A stretch of DNA of 59,554 nucleotides, filler included, from Streblomastix strix (taxonomy: Eukaryota): assembly GCA_008636045.1 (NCBI GenBank). It is 2 parts of 2 records of this genome, joined end to end, with 100 filler letters (N's around TTAATTAATTAA, not from the genome) between each part and the next. Parts side by side here need not be neighbours in the genome. Positions count along the whole stretch, not along the records: positions 1 to 29,790 come from SNRW01000097.1; 1 more part is not named here. The stretch is one strand, 5' to 3'. The notes under the pieces were generated by a model. The model did no database searches. It was not told where the DNA came from and saw only the letters and a list, made by a program, of their open reading frames with translations. Shown one piece after another: positions 1 to 16,500 of the stretch. Numbering within the stretch: the first letter of the stretch is position 1; each line of letters opens with the position of its first letter. The position numbers were made by a program, and so were the translations under genes.

Positions 1-220
1 ATAAAAATTAATTTCAGTTTAATATTTAAGAAATTACAATAAAATTCTTATAAAATAATAAAATCAATTATATTTTAATTTATTGAAAGGTCAGAAAGTG
101 GTGAATAAATTTTACTTCCAATATAACACTCTCTTGCAATGTAAAATTTTCTGAAAAATACTAAATTTGCATGTATAAAAAAGTTTTATTACAAAGTATA
201 TATAGAATTATAATTATATT

Positions 221-1740
221 ATGCAGACTATGCAACACCTCGAATTTTGTCCTGGAAAACATGTAAACAAATGCAACGAATTGAAAAATCGTTTGAGAAC
301 TCTTTTTAATTTTTCTTAAATTATTTTTTCTTTTTAGTCCACGAACTTGTTGTATAATTGAATTCAAAAGATTCATCAGTTATATTGGATGTATTAGAAA
401 CGATTATACATGAAATTGAATATATACCTATAGAATATTGTCATGAAGAATAATTTTCTGAGCTTTTAGATGGATTAGAAACATTACTTGGAGATATTCA
501 AAGCAAATTAGCTGAAAAAGCTATTTCAGTCATTGAGATTCTATGGGAAAAACGCTTTACTATGATAATTAGTGAAAGGACTAAATTATTGTCCATTTTC
601 AAAGAGAAATATTTGGGTAAAATAATGAAAGAAGCAATTTTGAATCTCTACACACAAGCATCAGTCAAAGAAAGAATCGCATTTTCAATTTTTTATGTAA
701 CTATTGATGGTGTGTATGATGCTTGTTATATTCCAATTTTAGATATGATACAAAGTAAATTAAATGTTGAAGAAGAATATTAGTTTTAACATCCAAGTGA
801 TGAGAATCATAAATCAAAATGGTATAAATATGGAGTTTCGAATCTTGAAGTTTCAATAACTGCATTTAGTTTTTATGCTATGATTTCAGATAAATTTGCC
901 AAAGAAATTGCAAAGAAAGATGGAATAAATATCGGTCTTTGATATTTGAACAATCCATCGATATAAATCCGAATATTTGCAGCACATGCTTTTGGCATTG
1001 CTACCTCACAAACAATAGGATCGGGATTTAGAAAGAATAATATCTGTCTTACAATTTTGAAAGATTCAATCCGCAATCCAACATTATATGCATTCCATCT
1101 ATTAACAATTTCTGAGCTTTATTCTGTGCTCTTTGTTACATAAGGATATGGTAATCTCTTAGTAGTAAGGTAAAATGGGGTCTTCCCTAACATAGAAAAC
1201 GAACACCATTTGCCTAGGCCACAAACAAGTCAACATTGACGTATATTAGTAATGAGCAATATGTTGTAGATTATTAGGATTCTTGAATGTTGCATATTAT
1301 TGTTTGATATTAGTTTTAAAAGATACTTTGAATGATCAAAATAATAAGTTGAGATGTGGAGATTAGTGAAATAAATGAATGATTACGCAAGTGCGTGCGG
1401 TTATTGAAGTTGAATGCTTAAACAATATGACTGATTAATGAGAACGCTAATGAGACCAACAATGATTAACATGACTTTTGAAAACAATTTTGTGATTGGT
1501 CACAGACAAATTGATGTCATTTTCGTCGTTCGTGCAGACCCCATTTTACCTTACTACTTATAGAACAAACCTATGTTTGTAATATTCATGCTAACTTATA
1601 ATGATTAAAGAATGGATAATGAATGTATCGAACTTAATTTTACTATCGAAATTGAATAAGTGGAATCGACCTACTGGTCGATGGTGCTATGTGAGCTAGT
1701 GATGAAATTTATGTAGCGATTGATGTATGTATGCAAATGA
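221..1740 (+). pseudogene. ARM/HEAT-repeat-like hypothetical protein, disrupted
   Basis: With TAR=Gln: ATG 221, GT-AG intron 291-337, then helical protein (LNSKDSSVILDVLETIIHEIE...YLNNPSIQIRIFAAHAFG). It has an in-frame TGA at 940-942 and a TIR element inserted at 1162-1557; the frame resumes at 1561 and runs to TGA 1738-1740. Confidence 0.55.
1162..1557. mobile_element. MITE/non-autonomous DNA transposon with perfect 22-bp TIRs and TTA target-site duplication (PIF/Harbinger-like TSD)
   Basis: GTAGTAAGGTAAAATGGGGTCT (1162-1183) vs AGACCCCATTTTACCTTACTAC (1536-1557). TTA at 1159-1161 and 1558-1560; excision restores the host reading frame. Confidence 0.8.
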
Positions 1741-1761
1741 GATTATTTCTCTATATCTGTG

Positions 1762-2039
1762 AACTGTGCCAGCGCGCCAAGTACTAAAAGTATAAGATAG
1801 ATAGAGAATTGATCTCAAACATATAGAAAAAAAATTAAGGTACTGGAAAACAGTCATCCTATAGTAGTACGGTGATTATTATGAAATAATCGATTCATAT
1901 AGTGTGCCGAGTTAACCTGACACATTAGACAAAAATAAAATTATCCGCCGGTAAAAATAATTTAATCGAGCGGCGGCAGCGGAAGGAAATTTGGGAATCA
2001 ATTATTTTTGGGGGTCCAAGTCGACACGCTGGCACAGTT
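1762..2039. mobile_element. Possible MITE bounded by inverted repeats
   Basis: AACTGTGCCAGCG (1762-1774) / CGCTGGCACAGTT (2027-2039), extending imperfectly to ~21 bp; no clear TSD. Confidence 0.45.
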
Positions 2040-2192
2040 TTATGATATTGATTAATTGACTAAATATGAATGATTCAACACATTAACTATTGGTTAACAA
2101 TTGATTAGTTATTGATTAATGAATATTCAAGCGACTGAAAATTTTGTGCGAACGAATTTATGTGCCATTCTAATTTTTTAACCTTAAACAAA

Positions 2193-4052
2193 ATGTCAAG
2201 TGAAGTTCAATCAACAGGAGAATAACGTTCAGAAACCAACTCACAAACAATCAAACATGTAACAATTGAGAAAGTGTCTAAGAGAAAGTACACACGTAAA
2301 GCTAAAACGGATAATGCAGCTAAAGAATTAGTTGATTAGATGATTAAAGCAAGTGAAGAAAAATAAAGCAATGAGATGATGAATACAGTTAATGAAATCG
2401 TTAATGAGTTGATAGACGTATCAACTACTAATGAAATCGTTAATGAACCTGTTAATGAATAGTTAGATCTTACAAAGTAATAATCAAGTTTAACTTAAAA
2501 ACGCATAATTCCACGTTTCTGGGTTAAGTGGTATCCCCAAATTGATGCACCACAAAATACACGCAATGCTTCTACCAAAAAATCTGGTGCAATTGCCCGA
2601 GAATTAATGGATAAAATGATTGAAGAACAAGAGAAAAGTAAGACTAATGAAACTCATGATGAATAAGATAATAAGCTTCTTGATGATTTACTTAGTAAAT
2701 TCGTAAACGAAACACCAAGACGTGTCATTCCAGAATTCTTTGTTAAGTGGTATCCAGTAATTGATGTGCCATCCGATCTCAAGAACATATGTACGTATTA
2801 TTCGACTAAGATAAATGATTTTACTTTTGATGGTTCAGATGCTTTCAATGAATATATCACTCCTGATAAATATTGTCATCCATACTTCGATTTTGATCAC
2901 ATCGAATCTTTGGATCAGTATGAGTCAGTATTGAAATGGTTAGATTCAATAGATGGATATTCGAATGATGCCTAAATTAGCACAGCATATAATCTTAAAT
3001 TCATAGAGCATGCAGAAAAAAAGGTGTCAATTCATGTTGTATTCTATGAAAAACGAATTCTATAAGCTGATATGATGGAATTAGTTAAAATGACAGCGAA
3101 TTAAGATGTTAAGAGGTTTGCATATGAAATTAATGAGTTCGTTGATGATTCAGTTTACAAGCTTAAAAGTGCAAGCAAAAATACTCGATAAATGTTTCGA
3201 CATATACTCCCAAACAAATGTTTTAGAGGTAAATCTTCAGTATTAATTGCGGGGAAGTTATGTAAATAAGATGATGAACCATTTAATCAAATTGTTTAAT
3301 GTATCTAAGATGAATCTGATGTATCTGATGTAATAACAAACTGGCCACTTGTTATTCATAAGGTACCTAGCTTGAAAGAAAAAGAGAAACATGAAACTAA
3401 CTCCAAAAGACTAGCAGATGTAGATAACGGATTAGTAAAAGTTGGAGCTGATGGAAAAATAATAACAAAATCAAAAGTGAAGAATGGTAAGATAGATGAC
3501 ATTGATTACGATGATAATTTTATTGTATTCAGCAAGAATTAGATGAGGAGTTTACTTAAGAAATTTGAAACAACATTTGAGAATCTATAGAAGACAACTG
3601 CTTCATTACGTTACTCTCCTCACTCCGAAGAATTCATTAAAGAATGTTACACTGAATGGTATAGCTAACGAGAACATCATCACAACGTTGAAGGGATGGT
3701 TAATAAAGAAATGAAATATTTCAAGCAAGAGTTCACGAATAAATGGTTCTATTCAATCATCAAACATTTATCCCCAATTGATTAGCAACAATATAAAAAT
3801 GAACATAAGCTCTTGTATGTTGATAAGACAATTAATATAAACAATTCAGAGTTTGATATTAATGATGTTAAAGCTAGATAATATAAATTGAGTGATTTTA
3901 ATTAGTTGATTAATGATCTTAGAGGAGTTGTTGGAGTTAAAGATGGAACTTGCAATGTAAAAATTAGAGAAAAAAGATAGTTCAAAATAGAAATGAAATC
4001 AGAGGAATAAATAAAATTGATATAGAGAAATAATTGCTAATCGGTAAGTTGA
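2193..4052 (+). CDS. Virus/Polinton-type archaeo-eukaryotic primase (PrimPol/NCLDV-herpes-like clade), ~619 aa, probably C-terminally truncated
   Basis: Intronless ORF under table 6 with AEP motifs: I (FNEYITPDKYCHPYFDFD), II (KVSIHVVF) and III (FVDDSVYK...MFR). No helicase Walker A seen before TGA 4050-4052. Confidence 0.75.
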
Positions 4053-4400
4053 AGAATAAAAATGAGTGTTCCAAAAGCATTAGACCTGCAAATGAATAAT
4101 AATATTGATATTTAAAATATAATTAATTTTGGTTAATGACTCTAGTTAAAATAGAAAAATAGTAATCATCAATCCGAGCTCTAGCGAGCATTTATTGTTG
4201 TTCTGCGTTTTCTGGCTTCAATTCTGATTAATGTGAAAAAAAAATATTAAATTTCATTATATCAATATTTAATTGGAGTTAACATCAAAAAAATAATTAT
4301 TAAAATAAGGATTTTTCAAAATTTGTCAAAAATGAAAAAAAAAAATTTTTTTCTATAAGATTTTTGCATTTTAGGTCTTTTTCCAATAGTCGAAAAAACC

Positions 4401-4472
4401 CCGCTAGGTGGGTCTCGAACCCACTACCTCCAATCTATTGACCACAAATCCATCCTCCTAAGCTAAGAACGC
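4401..4472 (-). pseudogene. Degenerate tRNA-like sequence (tRNA pseudogene or SINE head)
   Basis: The minus strand has an A-box-like TAGCTTAGG, a perfect T-arm GTGGG-TTCGAGA-CCCAC and a downstream T6 tract. Acceptor and anticodon stems are imperfect, so identity cannot be assigned. Confidence 0.5.
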
Positions 4473-4949
4473 TAAAATTACTGAAACTAATTTATATATT
4501 TATATATCACAATTTACAACTATTATATTAGGAAATTACCACAGGCGTGCTAAAAAACAGGAAAAAAATGCTTTTATAGCAAAAATGAAAAATAGATGTA
4601 AAACATAAATTTATGTAATAATATATTAATATGCAAAGTAAATATTGAGATTTTGATGTGAAAAGTGAAGTGAGAATGTGAAATGGTGGAAAATATCGTT
4701 TTAATAAAAAATGCTCGCAACTGGCGCCCGTGGTGCACTAAAAAATTTAAAAATTGGTGAAATGGCGTATTTTAATAAAATATAAAGGAAATTAACACAT
4801 AAAACTAGTTTTGAAACAATATTGCAACCGAAAATAGAAACTATGGGGGTTTTCGTGATTTCGGCGTACACCGTCTTTTTTGCAACCTAACATAAATAAA
4901 TCATTTATATAAATGTGTTAGTTGGTATATTATTTTTGTTCAATTCAAA

Positions 4950-5291
4950 ATGAGTGAAAACGAGAAATTCAAAGGTATTATCGAAAAGCTTAGTTAATGT
5001 ATTTCGTTAATGAATGAAAATAGAGCTCTATTCTAACTATCAGTGCAGTTATAAGATATTTTAGATGGATTACAACGATGCTAGGATAAACTAGAAGTGA
5101 CATCGAACTTGATAGATCATAATAAATCAATGAAAAAGATACTGAAATAAAAAATAAAGAAAGAGATAATTGATCTAAATGTTGAAAATATTTAATAGAA
5201 TAAATTGCATAATGTGTTAGAAGAATATGATGATGCACGAAATAATTATAAAGATGAATTGAAAGAGATCGTTGAGAAGATTGATGAATGA
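4950..5291 (+). CDS. Small helical hypothetical protein within the Polinton-like relic (113 aa)
   Basis: ATG 4950 to TGA 5289-5291 under table 6 (MSENEKFKGIIEKLSQCISL...); intronless and lies between the primase and integrase. Confidence 0.45.
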
Positions 5292-5395
5292 TTGATTTAT
5301 TTTTGGCTAATGAAAATGCCATTCGAATCATTATTTGAACCATTATCAGCTAACATTACTGTTGCAATTGAAGCACTTGAATCATTGCACATTGA

Positions 5396-6133
5396 TTGGA
5401 AAGAAGATAACATTATTTGTTTGCGATCAACATTAATACAAAATATTTAGTTGTGATTCCATTGATTGTAGATGAAAAGAATGCCAGATATATACTAGAC
5501 GCATTAACTAAATTCATTAAATAAGTATATGTTAACAACATAAGAGGTGATGGAGAGACAGGATTTAAAGCAAATATTATTAAGAGATTTTGCAATGGTA
5601 ATAGGATAACAATTTATTTTACTGAATCTCTATTTACGTAACACAATAGAGTAGTTGATGGTGTCATTCGTACAATTAGAAATGGTTTTGGATAAGATTT
5701 ATTAGGATTTGCGACACCTAGTTAGATGAAATAAATGGTAGAGATTTACATTAAAACACCACACCTCGCATTTATGAACAGATTTACTCCTAAACAAGTA
5801 TAGTATAACAGAGAATTTGAAAGTAAATTCATAAGATAAAAATAAGTATAATTGGAATAGGTAATGTTAAGATAATAACAGGAGAATTTGTTAGATTTCA
5901 AGAGTGGAAATATATTAATGGTTCACGCTGATTTCTCTAGATTACCTATAAGATTTTAGAAGTAAAGACGTTAATTCAATGAGCTAGCTTCATTCATTGC
6001 TTATAAGAACGGTAATGTAGTATGCAGATTATTGAATCCAATGGAACTAATAGAACATTTACAGTTAGGTAGTCCTTAGCATTTATACCGCCAACAGAGT
6101 TGGTATCAATAATATGTTCTTCAAATTTACTGA
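5396..6133 (+). pseudogene. Retroviral-like (rve) integrase of Polinton/Maverick type, N-terminus decayed
   Basis: YLFAININTKYLVVIPL...NIRGDGETGF...HNRVVDGVIRTIRNGF...KTPH matches the integrase core layout (xxDxFSKY / SDNG / ERFNRTIK). The upstream frame carries several TGA stops. Confidence 0.75.
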
Positions 6134-8032
6134 ATTATTCAGGTTGATTTTCGCTTGTTTTCATCACCTTATCATCATATGTGAATGTTATTACATTTAA
6201 TTTGAATATTTGTTAATATCTTTCAGGATCAGTAACTAAATTGTAATCTTTATATGATTCAAGTAGCTATTTATGAGCTTTATTTAATCTGCTGGTTGGG
6301 TTAATGTTATGGAATTAGAGAAATAGTTTAAAAGCATCACTAACTCTAGTTCTTGTTTAGTCAATTTCAGGATGTAAAGCAAATAACGCGACTATCAACC
6401 AACAAATATTATATTCACATTCTACATTTCTAGTGATGCCTTCCTTATTGAAGTGCTAACATATTTTATTCATTTTAGTCCCTAATGGCAGTCTATAAAC
6501 AACAATCAAAAACGAAAATAGGGCTACCTTTAATTTTGCTGAATCTTCATGATTTGTTTCTTAATAATCTGATAGTAAGTCAGCTGCTTTCTATTTGAAA
6601 TAGTCATTAGTTTGTTTATCTCGAACTACTGTGTTAGATAGAGTTTTGTAACTGTTATCAGCACTAGGCCCTGTGTGAGAATAATGATATTCATCTAATG
6701 TTTGTTAATGCTTATAGACTTATTTCTTTTTCTGCCAGATAGATCCAAAACAAATATATATTTATAGGGTTTAGCTTCCTCCAATTCATACACTTAGTCA
6801 GTTTTATCTTTCAGTTGCTATAAGTCATAGAAATGATTGTAATAGAATTAGATATATGGTTCTTTATTGAATATACCTTTTGACTTCATTAATTCATCAG
6901 ATTGTCCATCAATAATAACTTCATTTTGCTCTTAGAATTTCTTGCGTGCATGAGTTAGTGTAACATAATGAGCCGATAAATTCTATGATATGAAGATAGC
7001 GAATGCCTTCTATTCGAGTTCCCTATTTTTATTTAATTATTGTGTTTTTGTTATATTTGGTTCATTATAGTGATCCTTATGCAATCCATAATATTCATCA
7101 TTAATCTTTTTAACTCTTGTATCAAATTCTTTAGCACCTAATTTTACTTCTAAATATTTGAGTAATCTAAATGGTTTTTCACCCTATCGCTTATATCTTT
7201 AATTGATGAGTGTCTATTACAATTATTCGTATAGCTTATGACTCCTCCATTTGCCTTAAATCACTTTAACTGCATTTACTGAATATTTCATTAATTATTA
7301 CGCAAAATACCTTCGATAATGCTTTTGGATTAATATAGCTGCTTTATTCTATTTCTATAATCTATCCTTCAATTCTTGAATCTCTTATCGATGTAACTAT
7401 TCTTATTAATCTAATTCTTATTAATGTTTCAATTATTGTTCAGCTAGTAATTTCTTATAATTCTCATTAATTTCCTTTGACTATTGAATCTAGTCGTCCA
7501 AATCTAATTATTCTCTTAAAATATCATTTATTGTTTATAGTGACTCTTGTGATTAGTGCATCTAATTAGTGATTTATTGCTAAGCTTGTAACAATTATTT
7601 CATACGCTATCATCGACCACTTTCTTCAAATTTTTATTTGTAATTAGCTCTGTATCTATCAGGAAAGAATAGGCCGTTATCATCAATATTATCTGACTAG
7701 ATCAAATCGTTTATAATATCATCAATATTTTTGACTAATTGAGGTTTTTTTTCTTGAGTATTCAACAATTATTACTACTCATCAACTACTTCTATTAATG
7801 GTTATAATTATTCATCTTATTAGTGTTATTCATTTCTTTCAGCAATAATTTGATTTACAAAAGCTACAATTTCAGTTGTAAAAGTTATATGACCTTAATA
7901 ATTCAAACGAATCAATTCATTAGTTAACGCATTTCTTAATTCAACTGATGTATAATTAGATAAATATTAAACTTATAATTAATCCAGTGAATTTTAAATC
8001 TATTTTTTACTCATTAGATATTTTTCTACCAT
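6134..8032 (-). pseudogene. N-terminal part of a Polinton-type protein-primed DNA polymerase B (terminal-protein/vOTU-like region), frameshifted and truncated
   Basis: ATG at 8032 (minus), with frameshifts and an internal TGA. The distal part reads VVYRLPLG...NVECEYNICWLIVALFALHP...DPERYQQIFKLNVITFTYD, resembling the 'N.D..CF.wa..A.l.P ... FE..N.i.invy' region that precedes Polinton pPolB catalytic domains. No polymerase core is present. Confidence 0.55.
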
Positions 8033-8720
8033 TTATGTGTGGAAAAAACCTCGTTTATTTTGTGTTAGATGTTTTACAGTATGAAATTTTTATTTTTAAA
8101 TAAATGACATAGGAATTAAAGTCATTATTATAATAAATTCCATCAATCTAAACAGTTAAAGAAATGAGTTAATTTGTGAAAAAAAGAATAAGGAAATTTT
8201 GTAGGTTGCAAGAGCATTCTCTTTGAATAAATATATAGCAATACCATTATATAAATTTTATTATAAACATAATTAATTAAAAGTATTTCATGTAAAAGAG
8301 TGGGTAATACGACGTTGTAAGTAAATTGAATTATTGCCATAGACAGCAAATCATTTAGGCGATTAGAATGAAAGTATAAATGAAAATTCTGAATGATTTT
8401 TATATTATTTTTATCTTTATTATTTTTAATTATTGATACATAAAGTACACACAAATTTGTAATTATTTGAAAAATTTTAGCAATTTATTTCATACTATTT
8501 TTATACATAACTCTGCGGCACTATGCTAATTACTATACATATTAGTGATGTATGTAGTGATGTAGACTATTCATATAAGTGATTGATATAATTAGTTTAT
8601 CAGTTAGTGAAGAAATTAATAGTTAAAATTGTTAAATTTTTTCAAAAATTTTGAAAATATGACCTTTATTCTTCAAATAATTTTAAATATTTTTGTATAA
8701 TTTTTAAATATTAATCCTCA

Positions 8721-8815
8721 TCATTTGTGCATCACATTGATGAATTGTGATCATTTGATTCATAGGTGTTTGCTTCAAATTGTCCATATCATTTGTGTAT
8801 CACATTGATGAATTG
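8721..8815 (+). repeat. 27-bp direct repeat pair
   Basis: TCATTTGTGYATCACATTGATGAATTG at 8721-8747 and 8789-8815 (1 mismatch). Confidence 0.8.
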
Positions 8816-9507
8816 AGCCTTGGTTGTAAAAGTCATTTGGCGCGGAGATTATGGTTACAAATAGCGTGGCAGAATTAGTGCACTGTGATACAGACCATAT
8901 ATATTATTCATTCATGTCAATTGTGCCTTTGGATAAATATACTTACGTTTAAGAGATCCTCTCCAAATCTTCTACAATATTCACCAATAAATTTTAAACT
9001 TAAGTATCTCAGTATGTAAATTCTCTTATCCCAGAAATCTCTATGCGCGTCGAATTATTTTTAATTTATGTTTATCGATAATTCTGGGGGGTCCACAATG
9101 GTGAAATTTTCCTAATCCTTTTCTTTTTAGTCTTTCAAATTAACAGTCTTATTTATTCATCAAAAATTGATTGAAAATTATTTTTATAATTAATATAAAT
9201 GGCATAATTTCATTGGTAAATATATTTACTTTTTGCTCTGTATCTAAAAATTTTTGTATTTGCTTTCTTGCACTATTTAATACATAATATTCATCATAAA
9301 AAATAATACTTCATTAAAATAAATATTAAATCGCATTTTTTTTCATCTTTTGTTCTGTTTACTAATTAACTCAACTTTAGTGGAGCTTTTAAAAATTTAA
9401 AATTGTAATACTCGCATATATTTCAAATTATCAGATTAATCTTGATAAAATACATTATTTTCAACTTTATTATTTTTTTTATTACTAATTTTTCAAAAAT
9501 TTCAGAA

Positions 9508-13164
<3,657 letters not shown>

Positions 13165-13513
13165 AGAAAGAGAATATCTTGCGATAATATTTAATGACCT
13201 ACATTAATGAGTTTTTTCACATTCACCTGCCAATTAGAATAGTATGTCTTTTAATGGGCTTAACATTAAATAAACTCGATTACTTAATTTGTTGATTGTA
13301 TTGATTATAGTAAATTTAATTAATTATAGCAAATTATATGAATGAATTAAATAGAAAAATAATAAATGAGTAGAATAATTGTATAAAATGATACAGTCAA
13401 TAATTAAATAATATATTCATTGAGTGAATATAAATATTATCTATATTTAAATTTTCATTATAAATTCAGCTTCTTTCGAATCTGGCAAAAAACCTCCATT
13501 CCTAAAACTTCTG

Positions 13514-16500
13514 ATGGCAGACACTATTTAGCCGTTGCTCTAAAAGTTCTCATCAGCCATCAGCGACGTCTTATCTGCGGTCAAATGGCAAGCAGCAGAG
13601 AAAGACACCGAAACGCACAAAGATCAGTGCAGATAAATGGAAAACGGTTTATTTCTTCTTTTTTAGCGCACCTTAATCGATTATTATCTTAATTGCGTTT
13701 TCATTCCTTTTATTTTGCTTAGAATCGTCATCTTTCAAGGGTTACATTGATAGTGTTCGAACGTAGCTGAAGGACAAGCGCGAACTTCCGATCCCCAATC
13801 TGAGAAGCGGCGAGCCCGAGTCTGTGGTATGCCATATTTAAAATTGAACCATTGCACCGCTTAAATCATATCATTTTTGTAGATCCATCAGAACGTGGAG
13901 CGTGCAATCATCAGCTGGAATCAGATTTTTGGTCAACTGCTTGAATCTCAGAAGGTGCAACCGAGCGAGACAGGCGATCTACTGAGTGATATCCAGTTTT
14001 GGTAGACAAAACGTGCTGTGCTTGGGAACGTGGTTGAGCAACTCAACAGCGAGAAAGCGAAGGCAGTTATCCGATATTACCAGCAAGCGGATGGGCAGTT
14101 CTATGCAGACTTTGCGAACTACAAAGGCACCTTAGAGAGAGAATTCAAAGAAGCCGAAGAGATATCAAAGTTCATGGGCACATTAGAACGGCACTTCAAC
14201 ACGATCGAAAAAGGTCAATTTAACGAGATCGAGACGAACTACGAAGCTCTTATGAATATTCTGCGTATGCTGTGGTTGATTTCTGTAAGTTTCAGCTCTG
14301 TGGAGCGAATGGGGGCACTATTTGTGAAGATATCCAACCGCCTTTGTGAACGAGCCAAAGAAAGAATCCCCGTTGAGACCGTACTATAACTTCCCCACAA
14401 AGAAGCTGTGCAAACGGTCGAAGAATCACAACGACTTCTTAAACGTTTTGAAGATGCTTATTATGAAGAAAGGCGTAAGATAGAAGAAGCTGGAGAAATC
14501 AGATGGGAATTCCACCACCGCTTTAATTTCCTTGAATAGATCGACCATATAATTGGAGTTTGCAAAGGATTAAATGCGATGATGAAGAAGATGAATACAT
14601 ATGAATAGATACTAGGAAATGAACTAAAAAACATCTCAAGTTTCGAAAAGGATGTTGACAATGCACGTCGTGGTGTTTCAGACATGAGAGAACCATTACT
14701 TCATTTAAAATTTGATCTATTCTAGTCATCAAACAAAGGTCAATGGGGAAAGGTAGTGTAAGCATTTGAAGAAGATGCATCAGAAACTGAAAGAAATACA
14801 GCAGCTTTAATTGAATCATCTTTTAAGTCTATCAGATCAGTTGAAGGAGCCTTTGATTATATTCGCAGGTTTTCAGGGAAAGATACACCAGCAGCCATCC
14901 AGGCAGTATTTGATGAATAACTAAGTAGAATCCTGGATAAAGTAGATGAAGAAGTTAGAAGCACAAGAACTACCTTTGAAACACGTAAAGATCGACCTCC
15001 ATAACTTCATAGTGTGCCTCCAGTAGCTGGAGCCATACATTGGGCAGCTTTCCTATATGAGAGAGTGAAGAAACCAGTAGTCAAATTCAAATTAAAGGAG
15101 TTCACTGAACAATGGAGAGGTAGAGAAGCATATATACAATTATGCAGAGATCTGAAGAATTATAGAAGGGATAAAGCAGCAGCTTGGTAGAAGAATGTTA
15201 CTGAAAAGATGTTGAGTTTCTTGAATGTGAATGTTCTATCTCTGAATGGAAATGTATATCCACCAGAACTATCAGTTAATTTCAATCCAATGTTCTTAAC
15301 AATGGTACGAGAAGCTAAATAAATGGATAGGATTGGATAACCTATTCCTGAAGTAGCACTTGATGTAGCTGTATAAGAAGATAAGTTCAGAAAACAAGTA
15401 GAAGAACTGACAGGATTAGTAAATGCATATCAATCAGCAGTAGATTCAATTAGAGGTATTGAGAAAGATATGTTAGCTATGAAGGTAAGATAATTGCTTA
15501 CAGTTATAATGCCTGGAATAACAACATACAACTGGAATACGCTCTCACTTAATGAATATATCCAAGATTGTATGAATGAGATCAGTAGATTCTAATCAGT
15601 TGTATCACATACACATGATAATGAAGATTAGATCTAAGCATCTATTGATCGTGTTTCCAATTCTAAATTAGTGACACTCCCTGAATTCCCCAAATCTAAA
15701 GTAGATGTATCTGGATAACATTATTTGAAGTTAGATAAGAGGAATAATAGTAATATAAGTGGGAAATAAAGCTAAGCATAAAGAGAAAGAGATAAAAGAT
15801 CCCAATAATAATAAGGATCATAAAAAGATAAGAAGAAATAAACGGCAGAAGATATAGTAGCTGAAGCGATGGGATATAAATAATTGTTTGGTGTTCCTGA
15901 TCTGACCAATTTTGTGAGATAACTGGAGAGTTATAGAGAAAGGACAGTTACTGATCTAGCTCATGCATATACAAACTCAGCTAGAATGAAGAACCATGAG
16001 ATTGAAGCTAATGTATTCAACTAAGTAGCTACTGGTAAACACCCCATGATGGTCAACTTCTATTTATATTGGGAAGTTAATATGCTTACAGCTCTTAGAT
16101 AGATGGTATAATCCAATATGATACTAGCATGTCGTATGTTTGGAGAAGCTACTTAAACAGCACAAGGTCCAAGAAAGAGATTATTGTTCTAAACAGAACC
16201 ATAACTTGTAGGTGGAACAATAGTTGAATAACCAACACATACTGAGATTGAAAGATAGATTCGTACTTTCTGTGTTGCGTTATGTGAATCACCTTAGAAG
16301 TTTATTAGATGGGTTAGAGGGACTTGTGAAGAATGTCCTAAATAACCTACATGGTCTTTCTATTAAGAGACTAAGAATACATAAGATGAGCTTGTTCAAG
16401 TGCCTATGAGAATTATAGGGAGAACTCTATCAAAGCTACAAAGACATATGACCACATGGAAGAGGGATGAAAAGTTAATATCAGGAACTACAGCTGATAG

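Noticed and set aside
8721..8815. 27-bp direct repeats separated by ~41 bp, superficially CRISPR-like
   Set aside because: Only two copies, eukaryotic context, and no cas genes.
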